The translations under genes and the position numbers were made by a program. The notes beneath the pieces were generated by a model. That model did not search any database, was not told the origin of the DNA, and was given only the letters and a program-made list of their open reading frames with translations. Shown piece after piece: positions 27,232 through 36,235 of a stretch of 64,000 nucleotides of DNA (positions are counted from its first letter, which is position 1; every line of letters starts with the position of its first letter). Source of the DNA: a virus; IMG/VR virus record IMGVR_UViG_3300044714_000052, positions 3,580 through 67,579 of that record. One strand, 5' to 3'.

Positions 27232-28319
27232 GGAGGAGGGAAGGTCAGCGTCGAGAAGAAGGATTGGATGTTGTTCTGCGCATCTGTCGCATCAGCCTGG
27301 CTCATCGTCCCGTTGGTGATAATCATCTCTCGGCAGAAGCATGGAGCAGGCTGGCTCAGATCGCCGCCGCCCCCGAGATGGATCGCCAGATCGGTGTTAA
27401 CGTGATCGCTGAAATCGGCGAGAAAGGCGCCATTAACATAGCTGTGGATGGGCATGCCGCCGGACACTGTGTCCCACGCACCGATGGTGACCCTGTTCCC
27501 CTGTGAGGTAGCATAGTCGCCGAGCGGGAGCGCCGGATTGCCGCCGCCCTCCATCCGCAGGCAGTAGGTCGTGCTCGATCCGCATTGGTTGCCTGAGATG
27601 AGCCCGTTTCCATACCAGACCCCCGGCCCCAGATCGTAACCGTCGTTGGGGTTGTCGGGGAGGCTGTTCAGGTGTGCGAGTTCAAAGTGTCCGCAGCAGA
27701 CGGCGATCGGCTGATCCTGTTCGTTTATCAGCACACTCGACGGGGAAGAACCGCCGGTCACTCCGGTCGAATTGGCATCCCCGGAGATGTAGTAATCGCC
27801 GTAAAAACCGTTCGTATTGGCCACTCGGGTATCGACGATCGGCAACCCGGTGGCGACCTCGATCTCGAACGGCGCGGCGCAGAGGTAGGGACCGCCACCA
27901 GTGCAGTTCGGGCCGTACTGAGTATTGATCGTGATCGGGACCAGCGTGTTGGGCGAGCCTTGGATGGCGTCGTAAAATGCCGCGTAATAGCACGTCGTTG
28001 ACACTAGGACCGCAGTGCCGTAGTGGGTCGTCGAGGTCATGCTGCCGCCGCAGAACGCCGCGTAGGTTGAAAGATCGACGGTATGATTTGCGGTCTGCCC
28101 GACATTCAGTGTCGATGAGCCGTTCCATAACTGGAACAGGGGCCCACTGTAAGCACTGGTCGGCGACCGATCGACATCGTAGGCGACGGCGCACCCGCCG
28201 ACGATGACATCGCACACCCCCTGATAGGTGGGGGACGCCCCCCCTACAAACCCCGCGAACCTATGTGGGCTGAAGGCGCACAGCGCCAAGAGCAGCGCGA
28301 GGAAGGCAAGACGCCTCAT
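27216..28319 (-). CDS. Second GH54-like catalytic-domain protein, exported
   Basis: GVCDV..GGC..AY...R..SAYSGPLFQL; vicinal CC; GGGGDLSQPAP; signal peptide. Confidence 0.8.
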   Translation of the reverse strand: MRRLAFLALLLALCAFSPHRFAGFVGGASPTYQGVCDVIVGGCAVAYDVDRSPTSAYSGPLFQLWNGSSTLNVGQTANHTVDLSTYAAFCGGSMTSTTHYGTAVLVSTTCYYAAFYDAIQGSPNTLVPITINTQYGPNCTGGGPYLCAAPFEIEVATGLPIVDTRVANTNGFYGDYYISGDANSTGVTGGSSPSSVLINEQDQPIAVCCGHFELAHLNSLPDNPNDGYDLGPGVWYGNGLISGNQCGSSTTYCLRMEGGGNPALPLGDYATSQGNRVTIGAWDTVSGGMPIHSYVNGAFLADFSDHVNTDLAIHLGGGGDLSQPAPCFCREMIITNGTMSQADATDAQNNIQSFFSTLTFPPPCGSC

Positions 28320-29083
28320 GGCTTTAGCGCCAGTTCCGCATACGCGGATTGCGTGCCGCCGACAACCGTCAGATTTCCACCATACGTACCTGTGCCAGTC
28401 CCCTGCTGCGTCAGAGCGAGACCACTGACACCCGTCGTCCAAGTGCCGCCGGTCGCCGTCAGCGAACTCGATCCCGAGTTGCCCCAGCCCGCCAGAAAGA
28501 TGAGGTCATTAGAAAACGATGTGGTGGCGGAAAGAGAGAAGGCGACTACATTTGATCCAGTATTCCCCGCGCCATTTCCTCCTTCATAGATGGTCCCTGA
28601 CGTGGCTACGTTTTTTGCTTGATAAATCTCCCCTGCAAATGGCTGGGTATTGTTGGATGTGATTGCTACCGATGTGCGCCCTGATGCTACATTTGGGCAA
28701 ACTATCCACGTAATGTATGAGGGAGCTACGCCAGCATTCCCGCTATTTTGAGCAACGGCACAAGTATCGCCGCCGTCATTGATCGTGTAGGTCTGTAGAG
28801 AGGAGTTCGTTAAATTGCCGAGCGGGATTACGAGAGCATATCCCGCTACCGTCGCGGGAATCGTAAAACTGCAACCGGACGTGCAGCCAGACGATTGAAA
28901 TGGAACATTCGTGTCTTGGGCGACGGCGGGATTGCTGCCGCCACCACTCGATGTCGGCGCCATCGCGAGGTTGGCGACCCTGAAGCTGAGCGCGGGCTGT
29001 TGCGCTTGCGCGCCAACGGCAACGAGCGCCCACAGCAGCGCTGCGGCGGTCAGGCTGAGACGGCGGATCATTGCTAGGCTCAC
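28316..29083 (-). CDS. Exported beta-rich tail-module protein
   Basis: Signal peptide (AQA-Q); Thr/Gly/Ser-rich. Confidence 0.65.
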   Translation of the reverse strand: MSLAMIRRLSLTAAALLWALVAVGAQAQQPALSFRVANLAMAPTSSGGGSNPAVAQDTNVPFQSSGCTSGCSFTIPATVAGYALVIPLGNLTNSSLQTYTINDGGDTCAVAQNSGNAGVAPSYITWIVCPNVASGRTSVAITSNNTQPFAGEIYQAKNVATSGTIYEGGNGAGNTGSNVVAFSLSATTSFSNDLIFLAGWGNSGSSSLTATGGTWTTGVSGLALTQQGTGTGTYGGNLTVVGGTQSAYAELALKP

Positions 29084-30813
29084 TGGAGGGTCAGGGTGAT
29101 CGCGCCGGCTGCCGATCCTGAGGAGCCAAAGCCGGTCCCGGTGAATACAACGCCCACGTCATCACCGGCCGGGATCGTGGCGCTCGCGACGCCCATGTTT
29201 TGATCTTCCAACGCGGTGCCGTTGCCGTTGCACGGCGTTGTCGCGATCGCCGTACCGCTGCCGTAAGCCGTACCAGCGCCGCTGAAATTGGGCGTAACAT
29301 AATAGACCTGAGCGCTCGCCGTCGCGCCCGCCGCCGCGTCAATCCGGCATTTGACAGCTACGACGGTCCATGCAGCCTCGTTACCGGGCAGAACCATCGT
29401 GAGGCCATTGCTGATCGCGGTGAGGTTCTGCCCAGGAGCCCAGGACAGAGTCGGGTTGGCCTTCCGACTGCCACCCGTTACCGACAGGGACGCTGTCTGT
29501 GCCGCCTCGCAAGTGCTACCCGATTGGAGGCATGCGACTTGGTAGTTGCCTGGGCCAAAGACGATACTAGTGCTGACCGTGTTCCCGTTGACGCCATCAC
29601 CCGTCCCTGGCGTCACTGTGAAGCTCTGTCCCTGTGAATTGATGAAGATGCCGCCATTCGCTGGCAGCCCCGAGACGATCGGGAAGACAAAGGTTTGCCC
29701 GCTCGCCGTCACCGTGCAGGTTAGGCCAGCGCTCCACTGTGCGGCGCTGAAGGTCTGCCCCGCGCATGGGGTCTGGACCGGCGAACCGACCTGGTTCGTA
29801 AGCACCCAATCGGTCGAGGCGACGTTATAGGTGACGATGCGCTCCGTGTTCAGCGCGATCTCGCCAGAAACCAGCGCGACAAACCCGGTGGGTATCTGCT
29901 GAACGATAGGCACAGTGGTGCCGCCGCAGCCTGTCAGGGTCGCGGCGCCCGTATTCGTCGCGTTGAACACGATGTGGATCGTCGGCGCATTCGCCAGCGC
30001 GCAGCCTGAAGACGGGAACAGCCCAGAGAGCGTGTAGGCGTTAGTCGAATTGGTCGTCGTGGCGCTGAAGGCGGCGGGCGTGCCCCCGCAAGCGGAGCCA
30101 TTATCCTGGACGCCAGGCCCCCACTTCAGACAATTCCCCGTCGTGATCGCCCCGTCTTGCGTCGGGAATGAGCCCGTCGTACCGGGCGCAATCGCGAGCG
30201 CGGTCGTGACGCCGGTGCCCGGAACAACGGTGCCCGCAAGTCCGGTTCCTGAGGCCCATATGCCGAATGCGCCCGTCGAGATCGAACCCGAGGTCGAGAC
30301 ATTCCCGCTGCCGCTCGGCGTCACGCACGTGCCATCGCCTCGGACGAAGTTGGTCGTGCTGGCGCTGCACAGTGTCGATACGGCCGCGCCAAGGTTGGTT
30401 GACATCTGCGCGGCCGAAGCCGAGCCGGCCAGGTTAGAGAAAGCTGGCTGCGAAAGCGTTGCGACGCCCGCAGCAGAGATCGAGCTAACCCACTCATTCG
30501 AGGAAGCGCCTCCGCCAGTGATATTGAGGGAAGCCGTCCCTGTGCCCGTAAGGGGGGTTGGTGAGAAGACGATCCCGGCATTCCCCGCCGTGATGCTGAC
30601 CGAGCCGCCGCCGCCTGGGCAACTCCCCGTTCTCACGTTGCCGCCGGAATCCAGGACAAGCCCGCTCGCGCAGGTCCCGCTCGCCAAACCTGACATCAGC
30701 GGGGTTCCGAGAACCGTGAGATTCTGTACGGTTGGCGAGGGATAGGTCTGCGCCCGCGCTGTGCCGATACCGGCCAGAGCCACAAACGCCAGAAGAGCCA
30801 GGAGCTTTTTCAT
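29080..30813 (-). CDS. Tail fibre-like protein with a signal peptide
   Basis: MKKLLALLAFVALAGIGTARA; fibre motifs FVRGDGT, SQPAFSNLAG, NATNTGAATL; many Cys pairs. Confidence 0.75.
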   Translation of the reverse strand: MKKLLALLAFVALAGIGTARAQTYPSPTVQNLTVLGTPLMSGLASGTCASGLVLDSGGNVRTGSCPGGGGSVSITAGNAGIVFSPTPLTGTGTASLNITGGGASSNEWVSSISAAGVATLSQPAFSNLAGSASAAQMSTNLGAAVSTLCSASTTNFVRGDGTCVTPSGSGNVSTSGSISTGAFGIWASGTGLAGTVVPGTGVTTALAIAPGTTGSFPTQDGAITTGNCLKWGPGVQDNGSACGGTPAAFSATTTNSTNAYTLSGLFPSSGCALANAPTIHIVFNATNTGAATLTGCGGTTVPIVQQIPTGFVALVSGEIALNTERIVTYNVASTDWVLTNQVGSPVQTPCAGQTFSAAQWSAGLTCTVTASGQTFVFPIVSGLPANGGIFINSQGQSFTVTPGTGDGVNGNTVSTSIVFGPGNYQVACLQSGSTCEAAQTASLSVTGGSRKANPTLSWAPGQNLTAISNGLTMVLPGNEAAWTVVAVKCRIDAAAGATASAQVYYVTPNFSGAGTAYGSGTAIATTPCNGNGTALEDQNMGVASATIPAGDDVGVVFTGTGFGSSGSAAGAITLTLQ

Positions 30814-31499
30814 GCTATCGCGATAACTCCCCCTTGATTGTAAAGCTGCCCTGAGCCTGGGCCGGGATTGGTCAGAGGAAGATTGCCGCCGCCGAGCGCC
30901 AGCAATGCCGCAGCGGTTATGTTGCCGAAGAAAACCGGGGGCGCGGATGGATTTGGCGTCACGCCAGGCACGACGGTAGCAAGCGCGCCATTGCTCCATA
31001 GCGAGCCGGCCGGCAGGGAAACCGAACTGGTGGGCCAAGCCGCCGCAGTCGCGACAATCAGCCAGCCCCCGTCATTCGAGAGCAGGGTCGTGATCGGCGC
31101 CGAGCCGGAGCCGGCAAAGCCCACAGACCCCGAGATGCCGCCAACAAAGAATTCAAGCACCGTGAACGGCGTATTCGGAGCGGTCGCGCTGCCGTTCCAT
31201 GCCGACCAGGTACCCTCTATCGGCAGCCCACCGCCGGGCGGGATCGGGATGCTGCCGGGGCCACCAGCCGCCAGGGGATTGTTGTTGCCGTCCTGCGCCG
31301 GGCAGATTAAAGCTGTCGCCGTGGCTGAAAGATTCGCGAAGTAGACTAGGTTCCTTGCCCTTGCCGCAACAACTAGCTGCGAGCCCGTACCAAGCAGTAT
31401 CGGCCAGCTAACAGGCGATACTGCCTGCCGTCTGGTATTTGTTACCGCAATAACAGGTGGCCCGAAGCTCTCAAAAAAAGGCGCCGTCTGGGCTGCCAA
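30810..31499 (-). CDS. Tail-associated structural protein (no signal peptide)
   Basis: TTG start with AAGGAG; LP.T.PG.GSGQL.N.GGVIAI C-terminal motif seen in phage fibre proteins. Confidence 0.65.
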   Translation of the reverse strand: MAAQTAPFFESFGPPVIAVTNTRRQAVSPVSWPILLGTGSQLVVAARARNLVYFANLSATATALICPAQDGNNNPLAAGGPGSIPIPPGGGLPIEGTWSAWNGSATAPNTPFTVLEFFVGGISGSVGFAGSGSAPITTLLSNDGGWLIVATAAAWPTSSVSLPAGSLWSNGALATVVPGVTPNPSAPPVFFGNITAAALLALGGGNLPLTNPGPGSGQLYNQGGVIAIA

Positions 31500-31581
31500 T
31501 GGCTCGCGCTCCTTGGCGAGCCGAAGCGGCCGCCTTAGAGCGCGGCTAATGCATCATGCGTAAACAATCAAGGAAGGGCAG

Positions 31582-31596
31582 GGCTATTGGCGGGAA
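31582..31596 (-). promoter_or_regulatory. Late regulatory motif TTCCCGCCAATAGCC, copy 1
   Basis: Identical 15-mer occurs twice upstream of the capsid gene. Confidence 0.6.
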
Positions 31597-31600
31597 CGCC

Positions 31601-34600
31601 TTACTGCGCGGCTACTCCGGCCCTCTTGGTGACGACGGCTTTCTGAATGATTGTGGGATCGCGCATCATAATCAGAGATCGCGCCTGTTCTCGCGCAGCA
31701 GAGATTGTCTTGCTGATGATCTCTTTCTGCGCCGTCTCGGGGATTTGAGCGAACCCAGGCGATGGCACGATTTGATCTAATCGGCCTTTTGCCAGCCGGC
31801 CGGCGATGCGCGAGTAATCGTCATATTGCTGATCCGTCAGGGCGACGCCGCGTATCTTGCGCTCCGGTAGGGCCGGCCCCATGCCGAGTGCCACCATTCG
31901 CTGGTTGACCGGGTCGTTGTTGATTTTGCTCTCGTAAATCGCCGTCAGGCCGGGCAGCGGGGATTCGCGGTTCGGCATCTTCTCGCCCCAAACGTCCCGC
32001 ATCGGAAATAGAGCCTCCGATTCGATCGGAATTTTGCGCCGCATCGCGTCGGTGATCGTGCGTGCCTGCCGGGTGTAGGGGTCAATTGTCCGGGCGATCT
32101 GTGCCGCGCCGACGCTGAAAGGCACAAAGGATGAAAGGAAGGTGCGGACAAAGGATGGCCCGTAACGCTCATGGTCGGTCAATGCCCTGATCAGATCGGA
32201 CGGTCCGCGCATGAATGACTCGTCAAGGATGTTCTGCGAAAATGCGTGGACAGCGGCCCAAGCCGCTGTTGAAAAATCTTCCGTGGTGGCCTGATGAGCG
32301 ACATCATAGAGGTCTGCGGCAATCCCAAGCTGCATCCCAAGGACACCCAGGCGATTTATCTGATAGTAAATATCGCCGATCTTGACGCTGTGTGCCTGCC
32401 AGCCGGTCATACGCTTCATCATCGCTTTCCGGTAATCGTCTGGCCCAGAATTAGTGAGCAAAGCTTCTGCGGCGAGGCCGCCCCCCATAATAAAAAATGA
32501 AGTTCCAGCCAACATTTTGCCAGCGGTTCTATCGAATGCGAGAGTCCCATTTTCCCCAGAAATATCCGCACGAAATTCAGGAGACAAAATCCCGGCTGGC
32601 GTGCGGCTGAGATTTGTCTTTATGACATTTGAACTGATAGTAACAAATGGGTCGATGTATTTGAGCGGCCGGAGCGTGCCCATCGGTACGCCTGCGACAT
32701 CTGGAATGTGCACTCCCCAATTCGTAACCCGTTGAACTGCGGCCGTGAACGATCCATAGGGTGCCCGCTGCATCAGTGCATTCTCGTTCGCCTCCTTGAC
32801 CGCCGCCGCCATCATGTCTTCGGTCGGATTGGTGCTCAGTATATTGATTCGCGCGGCAAGTCGATCATCTGAGAGGCGCTCGTTATGGGCGATCCGGTAA
32901 GCTTGAGCCGCGATGGAGGTCTCGTAGCTGGTTGTCCGCGACCAACTGTGGATCGCGGCAATGACGCGCGAAGGGGACTCGATGACGCGCCCAGCGACAC
33001 CAGGGATCACATGCTGGCGCCCCATAGCGTAGTTCGGCCCCAGGGTCTCTCCAGGCAACGAGACGGTCTGGTCGGTGCGGAGTGCGTCCCAGGCCGCACG
33101 CCATCCCTGACGCACGCCCTGACCCATAAAGCTGTAAAGCTGAGCGCCGATCTCTCCGGCGTGTACTCTCTCAGTTCCGGTCTCGCCAGTTACGGCTTCA
33201 CGGACAATTCCCACCAGGGCCTGCACGCCAGTTTCGTAAGTCGCTTTGTAGAGATGAAACAGCGTGTTGGCGATCGCATAAGTGCCATGCGTCGCCGGTC
33301 CCGAAATTAGAGCATTTACAAAATAGGACTGTAACCAGTCAAAAAACCCCGTTTTCTCGCTATCGGTAACAAATTTTGAGACTTGAGATGGGATAGGAAG
33401 TGCTGCACCCCTTGCGGCCTCGCGGCGAAGCTGGTTCAACGTGCGGCCTGTTGCTTCCTCGATAAACGAGCCGATCTGCGCAGCCTGTTCCGTTCCGGCT
33501 ACCCGCTGATTGAATGCCCGCAGTGCCCGCCCCGCTTCAGCCGTCACACCTGAAACTTGAGATTGAATTAGGCGATGACGGTCCTTCGCTGCTGCGTAGG
33601 CCATGACATCTTCGTCAGTGCCCGCCGCCGCTTTCGCCATCGCGTCATGAACAGCGTTCGCCGACTGCACGAGAAGTTTGCGAGCCGCCGTCACCTCCTC
33701 GGCATTGAAGGCTTGACCGAGCTTGCGCCGATCAAGCTGGCTGGCATCCATGCCGAGCGCATCAGCAAGGCGTAGGACTTCCGCATCCGAGATGACCCCA
33801 CGCCGCGCCCCCAGGAATTCGTTATTCTCGGCCGCTGCGGTGCGGATGACCTCGTTTACATTTTCGGGAGTTCCGAGGAGGTCAAGCCGGATATTCCCGG
33901 CGCGGTCGATGAAGGGAGATTCGTCGGGGCGGACAAAGGCGACATTGGCGTCAACTGGTCCTCTGGCTGCTGCTGGCTCAGCCAATCTAGGCTTTTCCGC
34001 CGTAGCTGTGCCTCCGCTCGTGCGCTCCGCTCCAACTGGCTCAGAAGCCGGAGCCTGTCTGGGTCTTGGGCCGGCCGCAGGCCCATTACGATCAGGTCCG
34101 CGATCCTCTGGCGCGTTTCCGCCAGTTTCTCCGCTTGTTCCTGCTGATCTTGAGCCAAGCTCATCGTAAATCTCCGGCGCTTTCTCAAGGGCGACGCGAT
34201 CGGCCTCGGCGCGCACCCGATCGGCAGCCCCACCGGCGACTTCCGGTGCTGTCCGCTCAGCCAGCGCTTCGTGCTCGGCCGCAAAATCTTCCGGGATTGC
34301 CATGTCTTCGGCGATGACCGGCTCGCGGTTCGGCAGCGCGATCAGTCGATCGAACACGTCGCGGATATCGTCGGTGATCGGAGCCCGGAGGCGGCCGACC
34401 GTCTGGTAAATCTGCGTCAGCCATTGCTTGAACTGGTCGAAGACGCGCGCGAGATTGCCGCTCGGCGCGCGGCCCTCCATCATGTAGCGCTCAAATCCGC
34501 GGGCGAATTTCTCATGCGCGCGCGTCGGGATCGCCTCATCTTCGCCGACGCCAAGCCAATTCCGCACCGTCCCGGCATCGTTCCGGAGATCGTCGGGAGC

Positions 34601-36235
34601 GCGATCGTCGGTGGCGTCCCGCATCATCTCTTCAAGCCACGCATGCCCGGTTTCGTGGATGAAGGTTGATGCGTCGGCTTTTCCCATCAGCCGGATCGTC
34701 GCCTGCCCGTCGCGGAGCACGGTTTGCCCCGCGATAGCACCCTTGCCGGCTCCGGCCTCTACCGATGGCGCTTCGCGCGCATAAAGCTCTTCGGGCGATC
34801 CGAGCGCACCATCGAAGCGCGCAGCGCGGGCGTCATAGTGCGCAGCCACCAGAGCAGCCGCAGCGTTCGCCTCGTCAGGCAAACGCCCGGCGGCAACGAG
34901 TCGCTGATAGGCATCGTCGTGGATGCTTGGTACAGTACGGAATTCGAGTGGAGGCGCAACGGATGGGACGGCAGCGGGCGGCTCAATGCCAGCAGGCTCG
35001 GCGGGAGTTGGAGCGGCTTCGGGCGATGGTTGAATTTGCTCTGACGGAGGTTGCGGAGGTTCCGCGAGAAGCCTGGAGCGCGCTTCTCGATATGCCGCCG
35101 ACACCGGCTCAGCCAAATCCCGCATCCGATAGTCGTTCTGCTGAAGGTCTTGGCGAACCCGTGCCATGTCCGGGGTATCGCGACTGACCTGATCGGCCAC
35201 GAAGGCATCACGCTCGGCGATCAACGGATCAAGCCGATCCTGATAAATCTTCGTCATCCGCTGGTTGGCGGTCTGTAGCCTAGTCTGCAAATCCTCGATC
35301 TGCGCCGCATTCGGCGCCGTCGCCTCTGCCGTCTGTTGACGTGTCTCTGCGAGATCATCAAGCCATCGCCGATATGTGTCGCGTCGCGTCGTCAGTGCGT
35401 CATACTGGCTGAAGGTATCAGGGTCGATCTGGCGCGCGATCTGGTGAACATCGGAGGCAGCCGGGATTTCGGGTTCGGACGGAGCCGCGGCCGTTGGGGT
35501 TCCTGGACCGCCCGGCTGCTCCTCGGCGGCTTCTCGTACTTGTTTGATCGCAGTGGCCCGCGCGGCATCGGATTCAGGCGCAAGCGGTTCTGGCAGACCC
35601 TTCCATCCAGCCTCGCCTTCGCCGATGACACCGAGGCTACGCGCCTCAGCGAGATCGGGAGGGGCTAGGGCTTGAATGGCCGACGCAGTTGCACCGGGAG
35701 TGATTGGGCGCTCTGCCGGCGCTGGCGGGATTGGCTCCCCCAACTCCGCAGCACCGCGTGGGAAAGCTTCCGGCAACGCCGCGATATCGCGCGCCAGCCC
35801 CGCGGCGCCCGGAAGGCCCCCTTGTTCGGCCCGCTCGCCGATCGCCTCGATACCTGCCTGAGCGCCACGCAGCAGCGCCGTGCCGCCCCGCAGGACGGTG
35901 TCGAGCGCCACGGCGGCCGGCCGGATCATCGCCTCATTGAAGGTGCGCAACCAGGATTGATGGCCCTCTTGGGCATCGTTGAAAATGCCGGCATTTTTGT
36001 AGAAATCCTCAGTCTCGGGCGATAGACCAAGCGGCTCGGCTCCCCACCCCTGTTCGACCCCCTGCCCGAAGGCGCTCATGATGTTAGCGCGCGGGCCTTG
36101 CTGAAACATGAAGTCCGGCATCGCCGATCCGGTTGCGGCTTGCGGCGCGCCGAAAAACTGGTCAGCCGTAGGTAATTGCCCGACGGCAGGCGGGGCGCCA
36201 AAAAAATCATCAGCGGTTGGAAGCTCTGCTGCCAT
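31601..36235 (-). CDS. Large internal virion (DNA injection) protein
   Basis: 1544 aa, helical; ADASTFIHETGH..HEKFARGFE.Y motif; position after the nozzle gene. Confidence 0.75.
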   Translation of the reverse strand: MAAELPTADDFFGAPPAVGQLPTADQFFGAPQAATGSAMPDFMFQQGPRANIMSAFGQGVEQGWGAEPLGLSPETEDFYKNAGIFNDAQEGHQSWLRTFNEAMIRPAAVALDTVLRGGTALLRGAQAGIEAIGERAEQGGLPGAAGLARDIAALPEAFPRGAAELGEPIPPAPAERPITPGATASAIQALAPPDLAEARSLGVIGEGEAGWKGLPEPLAPESDAARATAIKQVREAAEEQPGGPGTPTAAAPSEPEIPAASDVHQIARQIDPDTFSQYDALTTRRDTYRRWLDDLAETRQQTAEATAPNAAQIEDLQTRLQTANQRMTKIYQDRLDPLIAERDAFVADQVSRDTPDMARVRQDLQQNDYRMRDLAEPVSAAYREARSRLLAEPPQPPSEQIQPSPEAAPTPAEPAGIEPPAAVPSVAPPLEFRTVPSIHDDAYQRLVAAGRLPDEANAAAALVAAHYDARAARFDGALGSPEELYAREAPSVEAGAGKGAIAGQTVLRDGQATIRLMGKADASTFIHETGHAWLEEMMRDATDDRAPDDLRNDAGTVRNWLGVGEDEAIPTRAHEKFARGFERYMMEGRAPSGNLARVFDQFKQWLTQIYQTVGRLRAPITDDIRDVFDRLIALPNREPVIAEDMAIPEDFAAEHEALAERTAPEVAGGAADRVRAEADRVALEKAPEIYDELGSRSAGTSGETGGNAPEDRGPDRNGPAAGPRPRQAPASEPVGAERTSGGTATAEKPRLAEPAAARGPVDANVAFVRPDESPFIDRAGNIRLDLLGTPENVNEVIRTAAAENNEFLGARRGVISDAEVLRLADALGMDASQLDRRKLGQAFNAEEVTAARKLLVQSANAVHDAMAKAAAGTDEDVMAYAAAKDRHRLIQSQVSGVTAEAGRALRAFNQRVAGTEQAAQIGSFIEEATGRTLNQLRREAARGAALPIPSQVSKFVTDSEKTGFFDWLQSYFVNALISGPATHGTYAIANTLFHLYKATYETGVQALVGIVREAVTGETGTERVHAGEIGAQLYSFMGQGVRQGWRAAWDALRTDQTVSLPGETLGPNYAMGRQHVIPGVAGRVIESPSRVIAAIHSWSRTTSYETSIAAQAYRIAHNERLSDDRLAARINILSTNPTEDMMAAAVKEANENALMQRAPYGSFTAAVQRVTNWGVHIPDVAGVPMGTLRPLKYIDPFVTISSNVIKTNLSRTPAGILSPEFRADISGENGTLAFDRTAGKMLAGTSFFIMGGGLAAEALLTNSGPDDYRKAMMKRMTGWQAHSVKIGDIYYQINRLGVLGMQLGIAADLYDVAHQATTEDFSTAAWAAVHAFSQNILDESFMRGPSDLIRALTDHERYGPSFVRTFLSSFVPFSVGAAQIARTIDPYTRQARTITDAMRRKIPIESEALFPMRDVWGEKMPNRESPLPGLTAIYESKINNDPVNQRMVALGMGPALPERKIRGVALTDQQYDDYSRIAGRLAKGRLDQIVPSPGFAQIPETAQKEIISKTISAAREQARSLIMMRDPTIIQKAVVTKRAGVAAQ

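Noticed and set aside
25572-27368. Identical 26-nt stretch in the two GH54-like genes as a DGR template/variable repeat or an invertase site
   Set aside because: Same orientation, encodes the conserved catalytic motif, shows no adenine-specific variation, and no RT or invertase is present
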